Virus record (IMG/VR): IMGVR_UViG_3300002053_000020
Location: 1-55,574 of that record
DNA: 55,574 nucleotides
Source: a virus
Taxonomy: Duplodnaviria > Caudoviricetes
Strand: one strand, 5' to 3'
The notes below the pieces were generated by a model, which was not told the origin of the DNA, made no database searches, and worked only from the letters and a program-made list of their open reading frames with translations. Every line of letters begins with the position of its first letter. Positions within the stretch are counted from its first letter, which is position 1. The translations under genes were made by a program, and so were the position numbers. Positions 43,830 through 52,565 of this stretch are shown here, one piece after another.

Positions 43830-43880
43830 GCCCCCTGCTCCACCTACTTTGAGATTGGTGTGACCGGGGGGCTTTTCTTT
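43830..43880 (+). terminator. Terminator-like hairpin inside the tRNA cluster
   Basis: GCCCCCTG...CGGGGGGC followed by TTTTCTTT. Confidence 0.55.
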
Positions 43881-43884
43881 CTAC

Positions 43885-43958
43885 TACTCATTGGTGTAAC
43901 AGCAGCATTGCAGTCTCCAAAACTGTTGGCGGGGGTGCAAATCCCTCATGAGTAGCCA
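43885..43958 (+). tRNA. tRNA-Trp(CCA), CCA encoded
   Basis: TACTCAT/ATGAGTA acceptor stem; loop CT-CCA-AA; variant T loop TGCAAAT. Confidence 0.85.
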
Positions 43959-43959
43959 T

Positions 43960-44035
43960 TGCAAGGTAGCTCAGTTGGCAGAGCAACTCCCTGTTAAGGA
44001 GAAGTGCGTAGGTTCGAAGCCTGCCCTTGCAGCCA
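43960..44035 (+). tRNA. tRNA-Asn(GTT), CCA encoded
   Basis: TGCAAGG/CCTTGCA acceptor stem; G73; loop CT-GTT-AA; TTCGAAG T loop. Confidence 0.9.
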
Positions 44036-44043
44036 TTTTCAAT

Positions 44044-44122
44044 GCGGGTCAACAAGCGCAAGGGGCGCGCAGCAGCCTTCCAAGCTGACGACCGCGGAGT
44101 TCGACTCTCCTGATCCGCTCCA
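44044..44122 (+). tRNA. tRNA-Gly(TCC), atypical D arm, CCA encoded
   Basis: GCGGGTC/GATCCGC acceptor stem; U73; loop CT-TCC-AA; TTCGACT T loop; non-canonical 8-14 region. Confidence 0.75.
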
Positions 44123-44134
44123 CTTATTATTTTT

Positions 44135-44395
44135 ATGATCACGATCCGTGAAATTCAGAACTTCCTGAACAGCTTCGAAGCCCTGCGCGGGATCGAGGTG
44201 ACGCATGAGAACGATATCAAGAAGGCAATAGCTCCCCACGTTGTCATCCTGACAGGGATGGTCAACATACATGGCACCCCTCATTTGTTTGAGGCTGAGC
44301 TGAACCTGATGGAGTTCCACAACCGAGACGACTTGATCCTCTTGGGCGGCACCATCCTCAAGGCTTTTGAAAAGGCCGGGGTTCAAAAACTATAG
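44135..44395 (+). CDS. Hypothetical protein
   Basis: ORF between the tRNAs and TerS. Confidence 0.55.
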   Translation: MITIREIQNFLNSFEALRGIEVTHENDIKKAIAPHVVILTGMVNIHGTPHLFEAELNLMEFHNRDDLILLGGTILKAFEKAGVQKL

Positions 44396-44403
44396 GACAA
44401 CCA

Positions 44404-44655
44404 ATGGCAGCGCGAATCAAGAAAATCCGACATGACGAGAATACTCGACTGAAGATCCAAGCGGCTCAGTTGATCAATCGTCTGACTGCACACGCCCAAG
44501 GCGAGGTGGAGTTGACGAGCACTCAAGTCCGTTCGATCGAGATCCTGCTGAAGAAGATCCTCCCCGACCTGTCAGACATCAAGATGGATGTCAATGCGGC
44601 ACCCGTCACCTTCAACCTGAACATGACAAACCCGGAGGAAGGCAATGGGGAATAA
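44404..44655 (+). CDS. terS: Putative terminase small subunit
   Basis: R.KIQ..QLINRL...Q.RSIEILLKKILPDL; upstream of TerL. Confidence 0.65.
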   Translation: MAARIKKIRHDENTRLKIQAAQLINRLTAHAQGEVELTSTQVRSIEILLKKILPDLSDIKMDVNAAPVTFNLNMTNPEEGNGE

Positions 44656-45055
44656 GCCTGATTGGGTAGGCAAGAGCTATAAGAAGGGAGAGATCCTGAA
44701 GATGGCTGATGGCGGAGACGTTCAAGAGGCAGGAGAAGTAAACCTGAACCCGTATGGATTCCGTCACGCAGAACGGGTGAGTGACCCGATAGAAGTCAAG
44801 GGCAAAGGATACTTCGGTGTCATGCCTTCCAGCGAGGGAATCTCAACCGAGATCTCTGCTGACAACGGCGAGTTCAGCTACCCGATGATGGTGCCGGGCA
44901 TGTCCGAAGCAGAGCTTAACATTTTACTAAAAGGCGGGAAGCCGACCGATGCTATGTACGACAAAGCGGAAGCTCATGCCCGTAAGCGTATAGCAGAAGG
45001 CAAGTCCCCGTTTGCCGGCAAGACCGAACTAAGGATGCCGCCACCTAAGGATTAA
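44645..45055 (+). CDS. Conserved phage protein with MADGG motif
   Basis: YG.R...KGKGYFG...STEIS...P.MVP...KA..HA..R...GKSPF. Confidence 0.6.
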   Translation: MGNKPDWVGKSYKKGEILKMADGGDVQEAGEVNLNPYGFRHAERVSDPIEVKGKGYFGVMPSSEGISTEISADNGEFSYPMMVPGMSEAELNILLKGGKPTDAMYDKAEAHARKRIAEGKSPFAGKTELRMPPPKD

Positions 45056-45059
45056 CCCC

Positions 45060-46490
45060 GTGTCTGAAATCGTAAACTATCGCCCCCCGGGAAAGAATGC
45101 AGCAAAGTTCCACTCCGCCGATCATTTCGTACGCGGCCTTATGGGGCCAGTTGGCTCAGGCAAGTCCTCAAGTTGCTGCGTTGAAATCGTATCTCGCGCT
45201 CTGCGACAGCGTCCGGGCCGCGATGGGATTCGCCGTTCTCGATGGCTTATTATTCGTAACACATATCCTGAACTCAAGTCCACGACCATCAAGACATGGG
45301 AGACTTGGTTCCCAGCCGACATAGCCCCGATCAAGTGGGACACGCCTATCACCTCGACGATGAAGATCGCTAACATTGGCGACGGCACCGGCATGGAACT
45401 TGAAGTCATGTTTATGGCTTTGGACAAACCTACTGAGACCGGCAAGCTTCGCTCATTGGAGTTGACAGGCGGCTGGATCAATGAGGCTTCAGAAGTACCG
45501 AAGGAAATCTTCGACATGCTCACGCAGCGTGTTGGACGTTACCCCTCCAAGTTGCACGGTGGGCCTAGCTGGTGCGGGATTATCCTTGACACCAACCCGC
45601 CGGACGACGATCACTGGTATTACAAAGTTGCCGAAGAGGAAAGGCCAGAGGCATGGGCGTTCTTCAGGCAACCCGGCGCATTGCTGCTGGTAGATGGCGA
45701 GTATGTCCCGAACCCGGAAGCCGAGAACATCCGGAACATCCCGAACGGTTACGACTACTACACCCAGCAGCTTGCAAGCAAACCCTCGGATTGGATCAAC
45801 GTATTCATCCTTGGGAACTACGGCAGCACGATGGATGGCAAGCCTGTGTACCCAGAGTACAACGACAAGATCCACTGTCTGCCTAACAACGTAGAAGCAT
45901 CCAGTGGGCTTCCGATCATTCTTGGTTGGGACTTTGGTTTGACTCCTGCATGCGTAATCATGCAAGTGTCTGGGGCTGGCAGGTTGACGATCCTAGATGA
46001 ACTCGTTTCAGAGGACATGGGTATCCGTCAGTTTGCCAACGATATCGTAAAACCTTTCCTGAGTAACAACTATGGGCACTACCAAATCGTATCTGCCGGC
46101 GATCCTGCTGGGAACATTCGCGCTCAGACTGACGAACGAACCTGCCTCCAAGAGTTGCTTGAAGCCGGAATATATACGGAACCTGCACCAACTAACGACT
46201 TTATACCGCGAAGAGAGGCGGTGGCTTTTTTCATGACCAAGATGAGCGATGGCAAACCAGCCTTCGCAATTAACCCTCGCTGCACAAATCTGCGCAAGGG
46301 TTTCCTCGGTCGATACAAATACGAACGACTGAAGACCTCCGGGCTAGCACGGTACAAAGACAGACCACTGAAGGACGGGTACTCACACATCCAAGATGCT
46401 TTGCAGTATGGATGCTTGAAAGTCCGCAGCGGCACGACACCAGCTAGAGCGAGGTCGATTCAGAAAGTTTCCTCTAGGGGATGGACATAA
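45060..46490 (+). CDS. terL: Terminase large subunit
   Basis: Walker A GPVGSGKS; RNTYPEL; Walker B WINEA; DTNPP; nuclease motifs GWDFG and HIQDALQY. Confidence 0.95.
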   Translation: MSEIVNYRPPGKNAAKFHSADHFVRGLMGPVGSGKSSSCCVEIVSRALRQRPGRDGIRRSRWLIIRNTYPELKSTTIKTWETWFPADIAPIKWDTPITSTMKIANIGDGTGMELEVMFMALDKPTETGKLRSLELTGGWINEASEVPKEIFDMLTQRVGRYPSKLHGGPSWCGIILDTNPPDDDHWYYKVAEEERPEAWAFFRQPGALLLVDGEYVPNPEAENIRNIPNGYDYYTQQLASKPSDWINVFILGNYGSTMDGKPVYPEYNDKIHCLPNNVEASSGLPIILGWDFGLTPACVIMQVSGAGRLTILDELVSEDMGIRQFANDIVKPFLSNNYGHYQIVSAGDPAGNIRAQTDERTCLQELLEAGIYTEPAPTNDFIPRREAVAFFMTKMSDGKPAFAINPRCTNLRKGFLGRYKYERLKTSGLARYKDRPLKDGYSHIQDALQYGCLKVRSGTTPARARSIQKVSSRGWT

Positions 46491-48593
46491 ATGGGATACG
46501 CAATCAACAGGCCAGAAATCGAAGTTCGCGTTGAGGGTCAGGACGACCTTCAGGAAAATGCGCGTTTCGAATCCAACCTGTCATCCTACGTTCGCAAGTG
46601 CTGGGACGAGGCAAAGACAGCTAAGGCTGTGGTGGTAGAGCGCCTGTTGAAATGTGAGCGTCAGCGCCGGGGTGAGTATGACCCTGATCGCATGATGGAG
46701 ATTCAGCGAGTCGGCGGTTCAGATATCTTTATGATGCTGACCGATGTCAAGTGCCGAGCCGCGGAGTCTTGGATCACTGACGTTATGTTGAACCAGCAGG
46801 ATCGTGTATTCGACCTGAAGGTTTCCAACAGCCCAATGATGCCCCCTGAGATGCGGCAAGCGATTGTCGATCTGGTGCGCACCGAGGCCGAGCAGTTTAT
46901 CGCTGAAGGTGGCGAGCTTCACCCAGAGACCTTCCGTGCTCGCATGGAGGAAGTACACGATGCAATCACCACCCGCCTAAAGACTGAGGCAGAAGATGCT
47001 GCTCGTCGGATGGGTGACAAGATCGAAGACCAGTTGGATCAAGGGCACTTTGGCAAAGAGCTGAAGAACTTCATCACTGACTTCACGACGTTCCCGACCG
47101 CTATCTTGAAGGGCCCGAACATCAAGAGGCGCAAGTCGATGGCGTGGGGCCCGGACTTTGCTCCGATCGTCATGGAAGCATTCAAGGAAGAGTTCGAGCG
47201 CGTGTCGCCTTACGATATCTTCCCTGCCCCTGCATCGACGGGGGTGAACGACCAATACCTGATTCACCGTCACCGCCTAAACCTGAATAGCCTACAAGCT
47301 ATGCGTGGCACCCCCGGGGTGAACAACGACGAGCTTGAGACGGTTATCCAGAAGTACGGCATGAGCGGATACCGCACTTGGATTCAAGGCGACAACGAAG
47401 AGCGCGTGCTGGCTGGCAAGCCGTTCCGCTATCCGTTGCTGTCTGGCGAGATCGAGACCATTGAGTTCTGGGGTTCGGTCACTGGGCAGTACTTGCTTGA
47501 GTGGGGAATGACTGATATTGACCCCGAGCAGATCTATGAGATCAATGCTTGGTGGACTGACGGAAACCTGTGGAAAGTGGTGCTGAACCCAGATCCATTA
47601 GGTGAGCGTCCTTACAACATAGCATCTTGGGAAGATGTGCCGCACTCCTTCTGGGGCGTGGCTCTGCCTGAGATCATGCGCGACAACCAGATCATGTGTA
47701 ACGCAGCCGCCCGTGCGATTGCGAACAACATGGCGGTAGCCTCTGGCCCACAGGTTGAGGTTACGGTTGACCGACTGCCTGATGGCGAGCAGATCACTGA
47801 GGTCTATCCTTGGAAGATCTGGCAAGCAACGTCTGACCGCACTGGTGGTGGACAACCTGCTGTGCGCTTCTTCCAGCCAAACATGAATGCCCAAGAGCTA
47901 CTGACTGTGTTCCAGCAGTTCTCCAAGCAAGCTGACGAAGTGACCGGCATCCCGAACTATGTGTACGGTTCGTCTGCTGTGTCTGGCGCTGGGCGTACGG
48001 CATCCGGTTTGTCGATGCTGATGGACAACGCGAGCAAAGGTATCAAGCAAGCAATCGCCTCGATCGACGTGGTGGTGGCTGGCGTGGTGCAGCGGCTCTA
48101 TGTCCACAACATGATGTTCGACAACGACCCGTATATCAAGGGCGACTTCAAGGTTGTTGCCAAAGGTGCAATCGGTCTGCTGCATAAAGAGACCTTGCAG
48201 ATGCGTCGCAACGAGTTCCTCATGGCAACGGCTAATCCGATTGACTCCCAGATCACCGGGGTTGAAGGCAGGGCCTACCTGTTGCGTGAAGCTGCGCGTG
48301 GCCTGCAGATGGATACCAATAAGATCGTGCCAAATCAAGACTCACTTGAGGAGCAGAAGATTCAAGCACGGGCGCAAATGCTTGCACAGCAAATGTTGCA
48401 AGACATGGCAAACCAGATGGCTCCGCAGCCGCAACAACTTCCCGCCCCACAGCAAGCAGCACCGGGCGGTATGCCGATGCAAGGCACCACAGTTCCACAG
48501 ATGGCAGATGGTGGGATGACGGGTGACTACGCAGAGGATGACTCGACAGCATCAAGAGTACTTGCGAGTCTTGCAACAAACAATATGATCTGA
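46491..48593 (+). CDS. Portal protein
   Basis: 700 aa directly after TerL; SP.DIFP, FWGV.LP, AARA..NN...SGPQ and TASGLSML motifs; Q/P-rich tail. Confidence 0.88.
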   Translation: MGYAINRPEIEVRVEGQDDLQENARFESNLSSYVRKCWDEAKTAKAVVVERLLKCERQRRGEYDPDRMMEIQRVGGSDIFMMLTDVKCRAAESWITDVMLNQQDRVFDLKVSNSPMMPPEMRQAIVDLVRTEAEQFIAEGGELHPETFRARMEEVHDAITTRLKTEAEDAARRMGDKIEDQLDQGHFGKELKNFITDFTTFPTAILKGPNIKRRKSMAWGPDFAPIVMEAFKEEFERVSPYDIFPAPASTGVNDQYLIHRHRLNLNSLQAMRGTPGVNNDELETVIQKYGMSGYRTWIQGDNEERVLAGKPFRYPLLSGEIETIEFWGSVTGQYLLEWGMTDIDPEQIYEINAWWTDGNLWKVVLNPDPLGERPYNIASWEDVPHSFWGVALPEIMRDNQIMCNAAARAIANNMAVASGPQVEVTVDRLPDGEQITEVYPWKIWQATSDRTGGGQPAVRFFQPNMNAQELLTVFQQFSKQADEVTGIPNYVYGSSAVSGAGRTASGLSMLMDNASKGIKQAIASIDVVVAGVVQRLYVHNMMFDNDPYIKGDFKVVAKGAIGLLHKETLQMRRNEFLMATANPIDSQITGVEGRAYLLREAARGLQMDTNKIVPNQDSLEEQKIQARAQMLAQQMLQDMANQMAPQPQQLPAPQQAAPGGMPMQGTTVPQMADGGMTGDYAEDDSTASRVLASLATNNMI

Positions 48594-48601
48594 GGCTAAC
48601 T

Positions 48602-48886
48602 ATGAAGGACAAAGACGCGATGAAAATGTTCAAAGGCAAAGACACCAAGGCTGAGGAAATGAAAGAAGCCAAGGCGCTCAAGAGCGGGAAGATCACCCCT
48701 AAGCAGTACATGAAGGGTGAGAAGTCTGAAGGCGAGAAGGGCAAGGATATGACTATGGCAAAGAAAGCTGCTAAGGCCATCCCTGCTGGCAAGATGACAC
48801 CGAAGCAGTATGCCGACATGCAGAAGAAAGAAGGCATGAAGAAGATGGCAAACGGCGGCATGGCAAAGAAAAAAGGAAAATGCTGA
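48602..48886 (+). CDS. Lys/Met-rich small protein with internal repeat
   Basis: AKA...GK(I/M)TPKQY...K.EG twice; ends MANGGMAKKKGKC. Confidence 0.65.
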   Translation: MKDKDAMKMFKGKDTKAEEMKEAKALKSGKITPKQYMKGEKSEGEKGKDMTMAKKAAKAIPAGKMTPKQYADMQKKEGMKKMANGGMAKKKGKC

Positions 48887-48887
48887 G

Positions 48888-49949
48888 ATGGCAGTTCCAA
48901 AGTGGGCGAGAGAAAATATGGCAAAGTCCGGAGGCCAGCCCACCTTCGGAGTCGTCAGCAAGCCAAGTCCGTTCCATTCCCAAGAGGTTAAACATCTCGC
49001 AGACGGTACACCATCTGAAGATGAGTTCAAACGTATGGGTATTGAGGCTTCTAATCGCTACCGCGAAATTGAAAAGTCACAGGAAACTGGTGTCTTAGAC
49101 AAAATTTCAGGAGCGCTTGGTCGCACATGGGATCGCATCAAAGCAGGCAACATTGATGCACCCGGTAGCAGGGCTTACGAACAGTATGGCGCTGGTCTTG
49201 GGAAAAAAGAGTACGAAGCAGAACAAGATAGAAAGCAATCTGTTGTCGATTCAGAGAGAGCCAGAAAAGAATACGTTCCAGAAACAGGAGAGTCAATTGC
49301 TCGACGTATGGGTAGAGTTTCTCCTGTTGGATCTGCGGTAGATAGTCCAGCTCCAGCAACATCGTCGCCAACCACAGAAGTCAAGAAAACCGATTCTGAG
49401 TGGGATACTCTTCAGAGGTCTTCTGATAAAAGCACCCCTCCTTCTGAAGGCACGAAGCCTAATGGTATCTTCTCCAATCCGAACTACGGTGGCACTACTG
49501 CTGCTGAACCAAAGGCTGAGGATAAGAAGCCAGCGCCTCGTCGCGTTCCAAGGAAAGCTGCTACGAATAAAACTGCAGCTAGCACAAGCAATGTGTCAAT
49601 GCCTGACAACCAACGTCCTCCAGTAGATAACGCTACTCGGAAAGAAAAGCCCGGAGCTAGAGGTGGCGATAACGAAACTAGACCGTCGAAGGAAACGCCT
49701 ACGAAGAGTGTCCCGAACGACCAACGCCCTTCTAAACCATATCCCGCAGATGCAAAACCGAAGGGTAAGTCTTCGGATTCCTCTAGCGAGAGTGAAGTAC
49801 AGAAGGCGGGGGCCCGGTACGCAGCGACTAAGAGAGCACTTGATAATGCTCCTAAAGAGACTTCGCCTACCGCTCGCAAAGCTCTTGAGGCCGCTGTCGA
49901 AGCTGCCCTTCGTGATTACGAAGCCAAGGCTAAATCGATTAAGAGGTAA
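48888..49949 (+). CDS. Low-complexity head-module protein
   Basis: 353 aa, P/S/T/K-rich disordered middle. Confidence 0.6.
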   Translation: MAVPKWARENMAKSGGQPTFGVVSKPSPFHSQEVKHLADGTPSEDEFKRMGIEASNRYREIEKSQETGVLDKISGALGRTWDRIKAGNIDAPGSRAYEQYGAGLGKKEYEAEQDRKQSVVDSERARKEYVPETGESIARRMGRVSPVGSAVDSPAPATSSPTTEVKKTDSEWDTLQRSSDKSTPPSEGTKPNGIFSNPNYGGTTAAEPKAEDKKPAPRRVPRKAATNKTAASTSNVSMPDNQRPPVDNATRKEKPGARGGDNETRPSKETPTKSVPNDQRPSKPYPADAKPKGKSSDSSSESEVQKAGARYAATKRALDNAPKETSPTARKALEAAVEAALRDYEAKAKSIKR

Positions 49950-49952
49950 TGT

Positions 49953-50192
49953 GTGTTAACAAAACCAGATCACCCTACCGTTCAAGCTCTAGCTAGTTTG
50001 AAAGGTAATCAACAATTTGAGACCGTGTGCCAATGGCTTCGGAATACTCTCGAAGAAATCGACCGCGATTCTTGCGTTACCAAGGACGAAGTTCAACTTC
50101 GCTGGAACCAAGGCGCGGCTCAGATCATACGAGACTTCCTTGGTCGTAGCGACGAAGCACAAGCCACGATCCGCAAGTTTCAAGGGCGCTAA
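49953..50192 (+). CDS. Small conserved protein between portal and scaffold
   Basis: L....F.....WL......D.......RWNQG.AQ pattern; SD GAGGT. Confidence 0.65.
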   Translation: MLTKPDHPTVQALASLKGNQQFETVCQWLRNTLEEIDRDSCVTKDEVQLRWNQGAAQIIRDFLGRSDEAQATIRKFQGR

Positions 50193-50282
50193 GCTCTGAT
50201 ACCTCGAAGCTGACCGAGGATTACGTCAGCACTAATGAAGACCGAGGATGACAATTGCATCCGAAGCTCATGGAGAAAATTT

Positions 50283-51200
50283 ATGGCACTCCCCCGTAAG
50301 GTACGCGAAGCTGCTGATAAGGCAGACGCACTTCACAAGCAGGTTTATGAGGCCCAGCTTGTGATTGACCCCGCACCACCTACTGACCCGGCACTTGATC
50401 CGGCTCCCAATGATCCTCCGATTGATTCGGTGGCACCACCTCCTATCGAGCAGCCAGACCCGCCGAAGGATGAGCCTTGGGAACAGCGTTATCGAGTCAT
50501 TGAGGGAAAGTACCGTGCAGAGGTTCCGCGACTCGCGTCCGAGAACAAAGAACTGAAAACACAAATTCAGAACTTGTATCAGGAGATTGAGGGTCTGAAG
50601 AGTCAGGCTGTTCAAGCCCAAGCATCGACACTCATCAGCGATGCCGACAGAGAGAAGTATGGAGATGATTTGCTGGATGTTATCAAACGAGCAACCCAGC
50701 AAGCCAACGCAGGCAAGGACATGGAGATTGCGGAACTGAAGCGCCGCTTGGATGCTGTCAATGAGACAACAGTCAAGACGGTCGAGGTTTCGTTCTATGA
50801 CCAACTGAATACGTTGGCACCCGATTGGGTAGACATCAACTCCGACGAGAACTTCCTTCGTTGGCTGGATGAATATGACGAGCTGAGTGGCATGACACGC
50901 CAAGACCTCCTCTCGAACGCTGAACAAAACCGGGATGCCAAACTGGTAGCTCGCTTCTTTAACAAATACAAGAGCGAGGTAGCAGCAAGAAACAACCAAC
51001 GCCACAATCCCGCGGTGCAGCAACATCAAGTCCCAGATGACAACAAGCGTGTTAATGCACCACCCGGCAAGCGATACTTTACCCGCAAGCAGGTTGCAGA
51101 TTTTTATGCAGCATGTCGAGCAGGTCGTATCCCTGCCAAGGAGCAAGTGGCGCTGGAAGCTGAAATCCACGCCGCATCATTGGAGGGTCGTATTCGATAA
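50283..51200 (+). CDS. Capsid scaffolding protein
   Basis: WEQRY...GKY.AEVPRL coiled coil; PDW..IN....F..WL; C-terminal A..EGRI; directly before the major capsid gene. Confidence 0.8.
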   Translation: MALPRKVREAADKADALHKQVYEAQLVIDPAPPTDPALDPAPNDPPIDSVAPPPIEQPDPPKDEPWEQRYRVIEGKYRAEVPRLASENKELKTQIQNLYQEIEGLKSQAVQAQASTLISDADREKYGDDLLDVIKRATQQANAGKDMEIAELKRRLDAVNETTVKTVEVSFYDQLNTLAPDWVDINSDENFLRWLDEYDELSGMTRQDLLSNAEQNRDAKLVARFFNKYKSEVAARNNQRHNPAVQQHQVPDDNKRVNAPPGKRYFTRKQVADFYAACRAGRIPAKEQVALEAEIHAASLEGRIR

Positions 51201-51249
51201 CCTCTAGTGCTGCGGATATAAATCTATTTTTTATGAAGGAGAACGCCAA

Positions 51250-52205
51250 ATGGCAGTTCCAGTAGATACCGGTTATCCGCAGTATTCCTACAACGCTGAT
51301 CCTAACGGTTCGGCATTTATCCCAGAGATTTGGAGCGGCAAGCTTCAGGTCAAGTTCTATAAGTCCACCGTTCTTGGCGAAATCACCAACAACGACTGGG
51401 AAGGCGAGATCAAGAACCAAGGCGACACCGTTCATATCCGTTCCATTCCGACGATCACTATTTCGTCGTATGAGAAAGGTCAGAACCTGTCGAACCAAGT
51501 TCCGACTTCGACTCCGATCGAACTGACGATCGACTACGGCAAGTACTTCTCTGTTATCGTTGACGACGTTGACGCTGTTCAGGCTGATGTTAAGCTGATG
51601 GACATCTTCACCAACGACGCTGGCGAGCAGATGCTGGCGAGCAGATGAAGATCTCCATCGATAACGACGTTCTGAACAACGTCGCCCCCGATGCTGCTGC
51701 CGCCAACCAAGGCGCAACCGCTGGCGCAATCTCCGGCGACATCGATCTGGGTACCACTGGTGCTTCGGTCGCTCTCGACAAAGACAACATTCTGGATAAC
51801 ATCCTGAAGTGCGGTCAAGTTCTCGACGAGCAGAATGTCCCTGAAGATGGTCGCTGGATGGTTATCCCTGCTTGGATGTCCGCTATGCTCAAGACCTCTG
51901 ACCTGCGTCAAGCTTACCTGACCGGCGATGCAGAGTCTCCGCTGCGTAACGGCAAGATCGGCATGATCGACCGCTTCACGCTGTACGTTTCTAACAACCT
52001 CGACGTTGTTAGCGATGGCGGCACGAACTGCTGGCACGTCCTGTCTGGTACCCGCGATGCAATTTCGTTTGCTTCGCAGATCACCAACGTCGAAACCCTC
52101 CGCGCTCAAACTACGTTCGGCAACATCGTTCGTGGTCTGAACGTCTACGGTTTCAAGGTCGTCAAGCCCGAAGCTCTGGTTGACCTGTATGTTTCGAAAG
52201 CCTAA
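51250..52205 (+). pseudogene. Major capsid protein (P22 coat / HK97 fold) split by a 14-bp tandem duplication into ORFs 51250-51648 and 51645-52205
   Basis: FIPEIWS.KL, GDTV.I, VP..GRW.V.P and NG.IG.IDRF..Y.SNNL motifs. GCTGGCGAGCAGAT is duplicated at 51619-51632 and 51633-51646; removing one copy gives a single frame. Confidence 0.9.
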
Positions 52206-52221
52206 TCTAGGCTAACGGGAC

Positions 52222-52262
52222 GGGAGGGGGCTCTATCACGGGAGCCTCTTCCCATTTTTTTT
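52222..52262 (+). terminator. Rho-independent terminator after the capsid gene
   Basis: GGGAGGGGGCTCT...GGAGCCTCTTCCC followed by A and a run of 8 T. Confidence 0.85.
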
Positions 52263-52273
52263 ACTGAGGATTT

Positions 52274-52519
52274 ATGAAATCTAAATTCAACAAACTGATC
52301 CACATCCCAACTGGTCGCCTGTTTGCATGGCATGAGAAGTTGGCAAAGCGGCAAGACATGAAGCCGTATGTGGAGCCAGAGAAACCCAAGAAGACTCAGA
52401 AAGAGCTTCCTCCCGTTGAGGCTGAGGCTGAGGCTGTTGAGGCAGAACAAGTTGCCGAACCCGATATGGCTTCTATGGCTGGTGCCGTGTTCGGACGCAA
52501 GAAGGCATCCAAAGAGTAA
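52274..52519 (+). CDS. Small head-associated protein
   Basis: SD GAGGA; follows the capsid gene. Confidence 0.6.
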   Translation: MKSKFNKLIHIPTGRLFAWHEKLAKRQDMKPYVEPEKPKKTQKELPPVEAEAEAVEAEQVAEPDMASMAGAVFGRKKASKE

Positions 52520-52565
52520 TTAACTCAGAGGGTGCTGCATGCCCTCTATACCCGAGGGTACAGCA

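Noticed and set aside
43888-44142. 84-aa minus-strand ORF, and the 5' extension of ORF 24796-25137
   Set aside because: These overlap tRNA genes and are spurious translations.
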